From the IMG/VR virus record IMGVR_UViG_3300020011_000226, positions 53,541 to 117,540 of that record: a stretch of 64,000 nt of DNA; one strand, given 5' to 3'. Shown one piece after another: positions 30,990 through 40,093 of this stretch. Source of the stretch: a virus. Lineage: Duplodnaviria; Caudoviricetes. Positions within the stretch are counted from its first letter, which is position 1, and each line of letters opens with the position of its first letter. A program made the translations under genes and the position numbers. The notes beneath the pieces are model-generated. The model made no database searches. It worked only from the letters and a program-made list of their open reading frames with translations, and was not told the DNA's origin.

Positions 30990-32003
30990 TTAATGAAATA
31001 ATGTTTCTAGTTTTTTAAAATCTTCTTTATTGGCAAGGGACTTATAGTGATCGCTCAAATCTTTCTCCTTGCCTAAGTCAGGCACAATATTAGTAAATCC
31101 TGTAGCCTGCGAGAGTTTAATGGCATCCTGTCTACCTGCCTCATCGGTATCATAGCAGATAAACACTTTCTTGTATCTTCTTCTGAGTTCCTTTACAGCG
31201 GTGTCTGAAAGATTGTAGGCTTCTCCCTGAGGAGCAATAGCTGGAATGTGTAATTGGCAGGACAGACAAAGGCTATCCTTAAGGCTGCTACATATGACAA
31301 TCCTATCACCATACTCAGGAACTTTAGTCCAAAGTGAGATGACTGAGGAATCCATGCAGCTGCACCATTTAAATCCTTTAGTATCGAATGGGCTATAAAT
31401 CTTCAGCTGTAGGTTGCCTTCCTTTCTTTCTACATAGCAGTAGCAATACTTTGGGGATGGGAAAATGTATGTCCTGGTTTTACCAGTATCCTTGTCCTTC
31501 TTAGTGATAATCTTATGTGAAACAGCATACACCTCCCCATACTTCAACCATTGTTTCTCTATACCATAAGAAGCCCAGTAGTCATAGTCATATTGCTGCC
31601 AAGGCCTCACCTTGACCTGTATCTTTGTAAGCTCTGAGAACTCCTTGCGTGTGAGGGTCTTGATAGGCTTCATCTTGACAGAAGGGGAGACCCCTTTTGC
31701 ACTGTCCTGCATGACTTGAAGGATTCTGTCAAAGACCTGATTAAAGGTACATTTCCACTTCTTGCATAGCAAGTCAAGCAAACTGCCTCTACAGCCTGGG
31801 TCACCAAAGTCCTTGAACTTAACATGGTGGTCATCGTCCAGATAGATACTGAAGGAGGGGTTGGCATCAATCCTGAAAGGAGAGTTGATTATACATGGGA
31901 TACTGGTTACCTCTGGAAATACTGTGGTCAAGATATTAACCTCAGGATACTTCTCAAAGAGTTCTAGGATGGAGATACTGGTGGATGTCTTGCCTACTAT
32001 CAT
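30990..32003 (-). CDS. DNA primase (crAss-type, TOPRIM)
   Basis: SPFRxDxNPSF, FKDFG, SSLKD, ICYDTD.AG, KDLSD. Confidence 0.9.
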   Translation of the reverse strand: MIVGKTSTSISILELFEKYPEVNILTTVFPEVTSIPCIINSPFRIDANPSFSIYLDDDHHVKFKDFGDPGCRGSLLDLLCKKWKCTFNQVFDRILQVMQDSAKGVSPSVKMKPIKTLTRKEFSELTKIQVKVRPWQQYDYDYWASYGIEKQWLKYGEVYAVSHKIITKKDKDTGKTRTYIFPSPKYCYCYVERKEGNLQLKIYSPFDTKGFKWCSCMDSSVISLWTKVPEYGDRIVICSSLKDSLCLSCQLHIPAIAPQGEAYNLSDTAVKELRRRYKKVFICYDTDEAGRQDAIKLSQATGFTNIVPDLGKEKDLSDHYKSLANKEDFKKLETLFH

Positions 32004-32094
32004 AAGATTATCACTGAAGAAAGATTAGAAAATGGGATTGGGAGGAAGATTGAAACCATAAGAACTTCCTCCCTTGGCTATCTGCCACTAACCA

Positions 32095-33045
32095 TTAGCC
32101 ATCCCAAGGCATCTTATCGCTGTTGTCACTGCCTGAATCAGCAGGAGCCTGCTCCAGATTGGTAGCTTCTACTGTGTACTCCTGAAGCTCCTGTACACGG
32201 AACTCTGTAGTAGTGAAAGCACCATTCTGCTTAGCCTGTGCAAGAACCTTCTCCAGTCTCTCATAAGCCTTGCTGCCTGCACTGTTGCGGAGAATCATAT
32301 CCCCACGGGAAGCAATGGTCTGATACTGCTTGCCCTCCTCAGTAGTACGGACACCATAGAGCAACTTCACCTTATTGTTAGCACGAATGCCAATGGCTTC
32401 AGAAAGCTCAGAGAAATTGCCAGTAAAGTAATCCTTGATGTGCTCCAGCTTGAACACATACTCCTGTGCATTCTCCTTCTTGACCCACACACCATTAACA
32501 TAGTTGAAAACATCTTCTGCACAGAGATAGGCCTTAAGGAAATCAACTAGGTCACACTCTCCTACACATGCCATACGATACTTTGTATCAATCTTCTGAG
32601 GATTGCCATCATCCTTCATAATGGGCTTGTTGGCCTTGGCATCTTCCTCATTGACCCATGTATGGTTGCCATAGTCATCAATAACCTGTACCTTGGTCTT
32701 GTCACGGTTATAAGCAGGCTCTAAGCGAAGGGTAAACATCAGGCGATTGGTTACCTCTATGCCATTGTTAGCCTCTGGGTCTGTGCGCACAATAAAGTTG
32801 ATATGAGCCTCCTTGCCATTCTCACCTTCCTTGATATATTCAGGATCACTCTGGCTCTCATAGCCCATCAGCTCATCCAGCTTGCCCTTCTTAGGATTGA
32901 CAGCCAGTACAAAGCTACTGCCTACACCAACATAACGTGCAAAACTTTCACCAGTCTCTTTACTCTCCTGAGTCTTGCCAATAGCAAGGAAGCTGACAGT
33001 GGCCTTCTTGCGGTCTGAATAATTGTTGTTTAAATTCTCTTTCAT
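32095..33045 (-). CDS. Putative single-stranded DNA-binding protein
   Basis: Located between the primase and the AAA ATPase; acidic tail ending DKMPWDG. Confidence 0.6.
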   Translation of the reverse strand: MKENLNNNYSDRKKATVSFLAIGKTQESKETGESFARYVGVGSSFVLAVNPKKGKLDELMGYESQSDPEYIKEGENGKEAHINFIVRTDPEANNGIEVTNRLMFTLRLEPAYNRDKTKVQVIDDYGNHTWVNEEDAKANKPIMKDDGNPQKIDTKYRMACVGECDLVDFLKAYLCAEDVFNYVNGVWVKKENAQEYVFKLEHIKDYFTGNFSELSEAIGIRANNKVKLLYGVRTTEEGKQYQTIASRGDMILRNSAGSKAYERLEKVLAQAKQNGAFTTTEFRVQELQEYTVEATNLEQAPADSGSDNSDKMPWDG

Positions 33046-33080
33046 ATTATTATTCTGTTATTAGTTATGTTAATAATCCA

Positions 33081-33635
33081 TCATTGGTTCTCCCAGGGCA
33101 TCTTGTTCTCTGACTCTTGCTCATTGGCAGGCTCAGCACCAACTCCTGCTCCTCCACGCTCATCTTCTGCATTATCTGCCTCAGGCTGAAACTCAGGCTC
33201 TTCAACAGGGTTCTCTACAGTGTCAGCCTGCTCATCAGGAACAGTGATGACATACTCCTTGGTAGTAGTGTCGTAGGAGACAATATCAGTAGGGATATAC
33301 TTAGTAACCTTGTTACCTTTAGAGTCAGTCTCAATAACCTTCTTCACAAGGTCGGTAGCCTTGAAGCCAATAATCTGCACAATGCCTGCCTCTATGCCAT
33401 CAATCTGGGAGTTCTTGTCTGCTACCTCAGCTTCCAAAGCTGTCTTCTTGGTCTCTAGCTCAGTCTTGATTCTATCCTTAAGCTTAGCAAGAGCCTGCTC
33501 TGCCTTTGCTTTGAACTCCTCATCCAGACCATCAATCTGGGCTTGGATTCTGTTTCTCTGACGGATAATGGGGTCAATAGCCTTGGCCACACTTTTTGCA
33601 CTTTGAAATTGTACAAATGAAATTCTTTTTTCCAT
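33081..33635 (-). CDS. Coiled-coil protein with acidic tail
   Basis: Its tail ends NKMPWENQ, like the neighbouring SSB-like protein. Confidence 0.7.
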   Translation of the reverse strand: MEKRISFVQFQSAKSVAKAIDPIIRQRNRIQAQIDGLDEEFKAKAEQALAKLKDRIKTELETKKTALEAEVADKNSQIDGIEAGIVQIIGFKATDLVKKVIETDSKGNKVTKYIPTDIVSYDTTTKEYVITVPDEQADTVENPVEEPEFQPEADNAEDERGGAGVGAEPANEQESENKMPWENQ

Positions 33636-33698
33636 TGTTTTGTTATGAATTAAATTAATTAATATTTCTTAGACAGACTGGCAGAACCAGCCTGCACA

Positions 33699-34400
33699 CT
33701 ATACCATTTTGTAGTACTCACGGATTCTGTCATCTACCAGTTTTAGGCTGTTGGGAATCTCAAACTCAGAGAATAAGCCCAGCGGAGTTTTGGCTGAAGA
33801 GTGATTGGCCTTAGTCTGAAAGAAGTGCTTATTATCTCCATTGTCTCCGTAGTCTACTCTAGTCATCAAGACAATAGGATAGAACCCCTCTGGCTGAGTC
33901 TTGGTAAGCTTCTTGCCAATCACTGAGAACACCATCTTCTCTGTACCATCCTGCTGTGTCTGGAGCATGGTATGACCAAAGATATAGACTATCTGGTCAT
34001 CACGTAGTGTTGAATTACACAGGTCATTGAGTTCAATAACATCGTTTGCAAGATCCCTCCACTGATCGAAGGACATCTTCTTGCGGTCATTGAATTCCTT
34101 CATGGCCAGCCAGATGTTAATTGTATCAATAGACACAGACTTAATTGCGCGGTTGTCTTTACAATACTTTAAGGCTTTTCGGATGTCCTCAAAGTTAGCA
34201 GGTTCCATATAATTGTGTTGTTCAGTTCCCCACATGCCTGCTGGGAAAGGAAGAGTCTTTCTATCCAAATTAATAATGAAATGACTCTTTGGATTCATAC
34301 CCTGATAGTTCTTTAGGTCAAAGTTACCATCAGGATTAATGATGGTTGAAGTTGTTTTGCCATCGCCTGATGGACCTAAAATTGCAACTGTTACTGCCAT
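33699..34400 (-). CDS. AAA_24/Sak4-like ATPase
   Basis: Walker A GPSGDGKTTS; Walker B SIDT. Confidence 0.85.
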   Translation of the reverse strand: MAVTVAILGPSGDGKTTSTIINPDGNFDLKNYQGMNPKSHFIINLDRKTLPFPAGMWGTEQHNYMEPANFEDIRKALKYCKDNRAIKSVSIDTINIWLAMKEFNDRKKMSFDQWRDLANDVIELNDLCNSTLRDDQIVYIFGHTMLQTQQDGTEKMVFSVIGKKLTKTQPEGFYPIVLMTRVDYGDNGDNKHFFQTKANHSSAKTPLGLFSEFEIPNSLKLVDDRIREYYKMV

Positions 34401-34500
34401 TTTTTCTTCTACTCTTTTAAATTGTTAGTGACTGCAAAGTTATTCTTCTCGAAGAAGAAGAAAGCCTTGCTAAAAATTATAATATGAAAATTGAAGGGAA

Positions 34501-35652
34501 TTACTTAGGATGAGTTAATTCAAGAGGTTGAACTTCTGCCTCTGACTGCCATTGTTTAATGAGGCTATAGTACCTGTTAAGTCTTTCTGTCTCTGTAGAC
34601 TTAGGAAGCTCTTTAAAGGTACTGGTAGCACCATCAAAGAAGAGAGGGCACTCAAACCCATTAGCACCATAATCTCTATCCTCAAGTATTTCAAGAAACC
34701 TGCAATAACCTTCTAACTTGGCTATGTCATAGTTGTTGTGTTCCTTTTTCTTGAATTTATAGGGACTATATAGCCCAATAATACAGTTAGCATCTCTTGA
34801 AGTGGTTTTACAATCCCCCAATCCATCTGTTGTTGGGTGGACTCTATCCATTTTAAGGTTCTCAATGCCTTCCTGAGACTGGGCTTGATGCTGGATGAAT
34901 ACTACAACATAGTTGAGCTGTTTTCTTAAGGTTATATTGTACTTACTCATCTTCTCAATAGCCTCTCTTTGGTCTTTACATCCTTTTTCTACTGTGAGAT
35001 TGGCAGCATTATCCAGTATAATGATTCTGTACTCATCCTCATCATCCTGAGTGTATGGCTTGATGGGGTCAACAACCCTTTTATCCTCCAAGTCACCTGT
35101 AAGCTCGTTGGTTACTTTGATGGTGGTGTAGTTCATGTGGCCATGCTCCATAGCATAATCCCTGCATTTTTTATTGATGCCTGTAGGGTTTTTATCAGTA
35201 TCATTGAAGATAACCATGTTTTCATAAGCTTGTATATACCTCTGATACCTTTCAGACTCCAATAGTTCAAAGATGCGAGGATCACAAGGATTATCCACAC
35301 TCCTTAACCTACGAGTATCAATATGAATATTATCCAGCCTGAAAAGCAGATGACACAAAAATTCATTGTACTTTTCTTTTGCCCCCATCTCTAATGAGAA
35401 ATAAAGCACCTTTACTTTCAATTCCGGGTGCTCCATCATATAAAATAAAGGCTCATAAATAAAGAGGTAGTCTGCAAGCTTTGATTTACCTACCTTCTGA
35501 TTTGCAGTTATTATTAAATACTTACCTTGCTCTACTCCTGGATAAATTCTTCTAAACCTTTCAAATGGAAACGGAAGACAATTGTACTTACCCTCAATAA
35601 CTCTTTCTCTTCTTTGTCTATTTTCTGCTTGAACCTCTTGGAATTTGCTCAT
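34501..35652 (-). CDS. dnaB: DnaB-like replicative helicase
   Basis: ANQKVGKS, YFSLEM, IILDN, IQHQ, RDAN. Confidence 0.88.
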   Translation of the reverse strand: MSKFQEVQAENRQRRERVIEGKYNCLPFPFERFRRIYPGVEQGKYLIITANQKVGKSKLADYLFIYEPLFYMMEHPELKVKVLYFSLEMGAKEKYNEFLCHLLFRLDNIHIDTRRLRSVDNPCDPRIFELLESERYQRYIQAYENMVIFNDTDKNPTGINKKCRDYAMEHGHMNYTTIKVTNELTGDLEDKRVVDPIKPYTQDDEDEYRIIILDNAANLTVEKGCKDQREAIEKMSKYNITLRKQLNYVVVFIQHQAQSQEGIENLKMDRVHPTTDGLGDCKTTSRDANCIIGLYSPYKFKKKEHNNYDIAKLEGYCRFLEILEDRDYGANGFECPLFFDGATSTFKELPKSTETERLNRYYSLIKQWQSEAEVQPLELTHPK

Positions 35653-36137
35653 AGCTCCTCTAATAGGTCATTAAGATGCTGGTGCTCTATGGATAGGAGT
35701 TCCTTGTATTTCTTATAGGTAAGAGACACACAATCTTTCTGAGGAAAATTTTGAGGACTTGTAGCTGTAATAGCTGTGCCTCCATTGCCATACAGCATAG
35801 CATAGTAGTGATGGAGAATCTTGGAGCAAAGAGTACACATGAACTTATAGAGCTTAATCTTAGCTCTTGACTCCGCAATTCTCTCTCCAACCACAGCATC
35901 AAAGGCTTCCCCTTCTGCACATTTGGACTTGCCTGTGACAATGATAAGGTTCCTACTACCAGCAAGGATGCCCTTAAACTCTACAGACGGATGATAGCTT
36001 ATCCAGACAAAGATGTGATCTGGTACAAAATGCCACCACTCAGGAAGACTTACTCTGCCAGTCAATGTTACCTCAGTCACTCGATTGTTGGAGGTCTGCA
36101 CCTTCTTGAAATTGTTTTTAAAACTTACTTTAAACAT
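35649..36137 (-). CDS. Hypothetical phage protein
   Basis: GKSKC...D...GERIAESRA motif. Confidence 0.7.
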   Translation of the reverse strand: MFKVSFKNNFKKVQTSNNRVTEVTLTGRVSLPEWWHFVPDHIFVWISYHPSVEFKGILAGSRNLIIVTGKSKCAEGEAFDAVVGERIAESRAKIKLYKFMCTLCSKILHHYYAMLYGNGGTAITATSPQNFPQKDCVSLTYKKYKELLSIEHQHLNDLLEEL

Positions 36138-36140
36138 ATT

Positions 36141-36770
36141 CTATACAATTTTTGTAGTCCAGTCATCATTATTAACCTCACCAACCTCCCCCTCACTCTC
36201 CTTATTTTCAAGGAATGTCTCAAGATCAGATACTTGATTAACCTTTACATTACCCTCATCATCCTCCTTCTTCTCATCTTTGAGGATAAAGTACTTGATA
36301 AGCCTCATGCTGGAATAGTTAGTGCGACTGTGAGCAGCAACATATCTACGGGTAGCATCCAATATCTCATCATCAGAATAGTTGCCACGCTGAGTGATGA
36401 ATCTCTTCAGGGCCTTTACCACCTCGGAGTTGTTACAGCGAAAGTAATAGGGAGTCTCACGGCCAAACCTGTCTTTCATCTTGCCCTTGGGATAGAGTTC
36501 CCTCATCTGCTGGGCAAGATTCAGCAGTCTTCCATCATCAATACCTTCTACCTTTAGGGAGTCAGCAAGAATTTCATCCAGCACGTCAGACCAATGCTGA
36601 GTAACCAGCAGGTCGTTGTTAGGCCCCCTGTTGACTATCACCTCTCTGTTCTTGAGGTTTTCCTTTACCTCCCTGATAGATTTGACAGTCCTAATAGTCA
36701 ATGTCACAAGAAACTCCTCTATTGAGAGCTTATGCTTATGGCATTGTTTTTCATCAATTGTTATCTTCAT
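36141..36770 (-). CDS. Putative replication initiator / helicase-loader-type protein
   Basis: Lies upstream of dnaB; LYPKG...ILDAT.RY...YFILK pattern. Confidence 0.5.
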   Translation of the reverse strand: MKITIDEKQCHKHKLSIEEFLVTLTIRTVKSIREVKENLKNREVIVNRGPNNDLLVTQHWSDVLDEILADSLKVEGIDDGRLLNLAQQMRELYPKGKMKDRFGRETPYYFRCNNSEVVKALKRFITQRGNYSDDEILDATRRYVAAHSRTNYSSMRLIKYFILKDEKKEDDEGNVKVNQVSDLETFLENKESEGEVGEVNNDDWTTKIV

Positions 36771-37167
36771 CTTCTGTTGTTTCTGATTTTGGTTTTGGTG
36801 TATAAAAGTCTAACCAATAGGCTACATCAGGTTGATTCCATCCACCCTTATCATAAGCAAGGGGATGCATAGTGAGGGACTCACCATCTATACAGGTATT
36901 AATCTCTTCATTCTCATTTACTCTATGAGCATAGACTACCTTGAATCCACTTGCACAAGGTACAAGGGCTATGACCTCTCTGTGTACCTCTGGCAAATCC
37001 TCACCTTGGGCATCTTTCCACAAGCTCTTTAGGACATCAGAAGCTCCTTGGATGTAGGCTTTTCTCCTTGGAAGGTTAGAGTCATACTCTCCAGTAGCTT
37101 TCTTGTTCTGCTTGTGCTTAATAGGAAACAGCTCCAAGGCTTTTTCCATAATTTGTTTTCTTGTCAT
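36754..37167 (-). CDS. Hypothetical phage protein
   Basis: Packed ORF. Confidence 0.65.
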   Translation of the reverse strand: MTRKQIMEKALELFPIKHKQNKKATGEYDSNLPRRKAYIQGASDVLKSLWKDAQGEDLPEVHREVIALVPCASGFKVVYAHRVNENEEINTCIDGESLTMHPLAYDKGGWNQPDVAYWLDFYTPKPKSETTEDEDNN

Positions 37168-37369
37168 TGTTATTTCAGTTTAATTGTTACTTTACCCATA
37201 TTGAATACAATAGAAGCCTCTTCTCCTCCTATACACTTCTCAGCAAGGTCATTGACTATTGCCTCCAGTTGGCCATAGTGCTTCATAACCAAGTCCTTGA
37301 GAGCAAAAGTACCTTTACTCTGGCTTCTATGAGGAGTAGGGTCTATAATTTTGTCTTTTCTTAAATCTA

Positions 37370-38554
37370 TCATATCTCATTTACTGAATAAATGGTTTTA
37401 ACTTTACTGAAGCCTTCAATAGCTTTTAGCACCAACTCTTCCTCACGGGTTCCTTTATAATATGGAAAGATGATAACTGGGTCTTTGTGACGAAGACTAC
37501 GGCCTATCCTCTGAGGCACTACAACATCGGAGGAAGAAAGATTGCAGAATACTGCATACTTACAATCTACAAGATTGGCATTCTCATTGAGGATATTCAC
37601 TGCTGTGATATGGTCAATCTTCTTGGCATTGAAATCTTCATATACCTTTGTAGCCAACTTGTTCTGAGAATGGATACAGTTCTTGCCAAGCTGTTCAGTC
37701 TGGGCAATAGTCTTACAGAAAGTAATAGTACGCTCCTTGTCAAGATGGTGGAGGATAAGCTTCACCCATTGCAGCTTACAGTCAGCAAGGAATTCCAATC
37801 TCTTGCCACACATATAGAGCCAAGTCTGCTTCATAGCAGGATTACCTGTCATGGTTTTCTTCTTATACCACTCTATCATCTGGTCAAGTTCCATCAGCTT
37901 TTGCTTCTGAGTGCAACGGAGGATGGCATGGACTTTCTGTTTCTTGTATTTCCAGTAGTCTTTGTACTCTCCCCGCACAGTAGGGCCTTTTGCCTTTGGA
38001 TTCAGCTCAATGGTCTCACTCAGACGGGTGTTCTCTACTTGAAGGGGGAAGAGCAGAATAGTAGGTTCTGGCAGCACTTCATCTTCAATAGCCTCTATGA
38101 TGTCACAGGAGACCACCTGAGAGTGATACCTATACTTGAAGAATTGCTTTACTGTGCGGGGAATAGTGGCACTGAGACCAATCATGTAGTCATACTTGAT
38201 AGTCTTAAGAGCCTCTAAACGCATCTCACTACCTACATGGTGGACTTCATCAAGAATGATTATATTCCACTTCTCATTACAGTGCTTGTGAAGAGACTCA
38301 TAGCACTCCATAGTAACATCACATTGAATGCCTCCCCATTTCTCTATCTCTTCTTTCCAAGTCTGCTTATGCACCCTTTTAGCTACCAACAACAACACTT
38401 TAGGTCTGTAGGACTGCCAGACAGACTCAGCTAACCAATTAGCCAATTTAAGACTAACAGCTGTTTTACCCATTCCAGTTGCAGCCTCTAAGAGTAGTAC
38501 ATTGGTTTTAGTAAGGGCTCTCTGACATGCCCCATAGATTTCATCTCTTGTCAT
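37370..38554 (-). CDS. SF2 DEAD/H-box helicase
   Basis: ATGMGKT, DEVHH, LSAT, QRIGR. Confidence 0.92.
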   Translation of the reverse strand: MTRDEIYGACQRALTKTNVLLLEAATGMGKTAVSLKLANWLAESVWQSYRPKVLLLVAKRVHKQTWKEEIEKWGGIQCDVTMECYESLHKHCNEKWNIIILDEVHHVGSEMRLEALKTIKYDYMIGLSATIPRTVKQFFKYRYHSQVVSCDIIEAIEDEVLPEPTILLFPLQVENTRLSETIELNPKAKGPTVRGEYKDYWKYKKQKVHAILRCTQKQKLMELDQMIEWYKKKTMTGNPAMKQTWLYMCGKRLEFLADCKLQWVKLILHHLDKERTITFCKTIAQTEQLGKNCIHSQNKLATKVYEDFNAKKIDHITAVNILNENANLVDCKYAVFCNLSSSDVVVPQRIGRSLRHKDPVIIFPYYKGTREEELVLKAIEGFSKVKTIYSVNEI

Positions 38555-38590
38555 AATTAACTATACCAAATTTCTGGAATACCTGTTATA

Positions 38591-38845
38591 TCATGCTGCT
38601 TCATGTGCTTCAATGCTTGAGAGATAGCTGTCAGCCTCACTGTCAAGGAATTCATTGTAGGCAATTTCCTCATCAATGGACTTGCTGATTAGCTGATTGA
38701 GTTCATAGATGCAATCCATTACACCGTCTTTATAGGAAGAAGGGTAGATTGAGGAATCTACCCTTCCTTGCCAGCTATTGACAAGCTGCTGTAAGTCACT
38801 AATGTAAATCATAAGCCACAGATAATATTCACCAGTCTGCGCCAA
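38591..38845 (-). CDS. Hypothetical protein
   Basis: Packed ORF; the start is probably at MIYISD. Confidence 0.55.
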   Translation of the reverse strand: MAQTGEYYLWLMIYISDLQQLVNSWQGRVDSSIYPSSYKDGVMDCIYELNQLISKSIDEEIAYNEFLDSEADSYLSSIEAHEAA

Positions 38846-39123
38846 ATAGATGGAGGAGTTTCTACACCCATACCATTCTTACGGTTCTTAGAGACATGGC
38901 AGGTACTGGCTGTAAAGAAGCATAGTGCTTCTGGTTTCTTAGAGAGTACTGTGTACCAATGAGACTGCACAGCTGCTGGGGTACGCCCAATCTCCTCTGC
39001 TACAATGAAGAAGCACCGAGTGAGGTTCTGTGGACGAGCCTTGATCTGTCTTAACAGGCGGTCATCTTCTGTAATTGTCCACTTCTTGTTAGCATTCTCA
39101 ACTGTTGAATTGTTGTTTGACAT
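38809..39123 (-). CDS. Myb/SANT-like HTH DNA-binding protein
   Basis: KWTxxEDxxL...AEEIGRTPAAVQSHWY. Confidence 0.7.
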   Translation of the reverse strand: MSNNNSTVENANKKWTITEDDRLLRQIKARPQNLTRCFFIVAEEIGRTPAAVQSHWYTVLSKKPEALCFFTASTCHVSKNRKNGMGVETPPSIWRRLVNIICGL

Positions 39124-39149
39124 AAATTTAAAGAATTAATTATTAATAA

Positions 39150-39616
39150 TGATGCTGCCGTAGATAGCAGCATGATGAACTGTTACAAAAACACATCCTA
39201 CCTTCACAGGCAAGATGTGATCACTAATAACTGAAAACTCGAAATACATAAAATTTAATAACAATAAAAAGTACAATACCACCGTATTGAAAAATGAACG
39301 TAATAGTATTATGAAATACGGGAATTAGCAAAAGAAAGCAGTCTGGTCTGTCTCAGATAAGACTGCTGGTGTCCTATGGTACTGATTTTTATGTATAAAC
39401 AACCCATAGGACTGAGAATTAAAAACCTAAAACTTAAACATTACTACTAAAACAAATCTATGAAAACACCGCTGTGTTAAACTTTAAATATAAGACACAT
39501 GAAGAAATTTGTCTTTGAAAAAGCTGTCTTATGTCTTCACAGATTGAGACAGCCGTATCATCCTAAAACAATCTTATTACCGAAATGACTAAAATATTTT
39601 ATTAACTTAACTTATG
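39150..39616 (-). ncRNA. Tandem array of about three small-RNA-like units (U-rich tract plus terminator hairpin)
   Basis: ORF-free. Hairpins at 39192-39219, 39337-39367 and 39523-39553 are each followed by a T-run on the minus strand and preceded by U-rich tracts. Confidence 0.55.
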
Positions 39617-39705
39617 TGGTACTGACAGGATTCCAACCTGCAACACTCTTTTGAGTGACCTCTTTAGGAGAGAGGGGCGGTCATGCAGTTACGCTTTACA
39701 GTACC
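39617..39705 (-). tRNA. tRNA-Arg(CCT), atypical (long variable arm, C19-G56)
   Basis: Acceptor GGTACTG/CAGTACC; anticodon arm CCTCT-CTCCTAA-AGAGG; variable arm CACTC-AAAA-GAGTG; T arm GCAGG-TTGGAAT-CCTGT. Confidence 0.8.
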
Positions 39706-39712
39706 TTATAGA

Positions 39713-39835
39713 CTATGCTCTTCTATAGTATTGACTTTTACCATTTGGAGCATTCTTGTTTCTACTACCAAAGTTTTCTGTTAGAGCATGACAATTAGAA
39801 CAAAGAACTTGAAGATTACTTTCTTCATTATTACG
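39713..39835 (-). pseudogene. HNH endonuclease C-terminal remnant
   Basis: Translates as RNNEESNLQVLCSNCHALTENFGSRNK...*; there is no start codon and an in-frame stop lies upstream. Confidence 0.7.
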
Positions 39836-39855
39836 GAACAGTTGTTTTTAATGAT

Positions 39856-39884
39856 GCCGCTACTATCCGCTGAGCTACAGGGCC
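39856..39884 (-). pseudogene. tRNA 5'-half fragment
   Basis: GGCCCTG-TA-GCTC-AGCGGATAG... with no 3' half; just downstream of a TATCTTTG promoter (39901-39908). Confidence 0.55.
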
Positions 39885-40093
39885 TTGATTAAACATGGTG
39901 CAAAGATACTATCCTCGCACCATTTATGGAAGAACCTTAATTTCTCATTTAGGAATTAGGTGTCAAAGTATAGAGGCGGTGATGTGTGGCTTGACTGCTT
40001 GCCTGATCACTGCTCAGGAGGATTCAGATACAAGGAAGGTGTAATTAACAAGTATTCCTCTATGCGGCTATACCTAATATTAATAACCTCCAC

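Noticed and set aside
183-38434. Numerous plus-strand ORFs in the ORF track
   Set aside because: They are shadow frames antisense to well-supported minus-strand genes.
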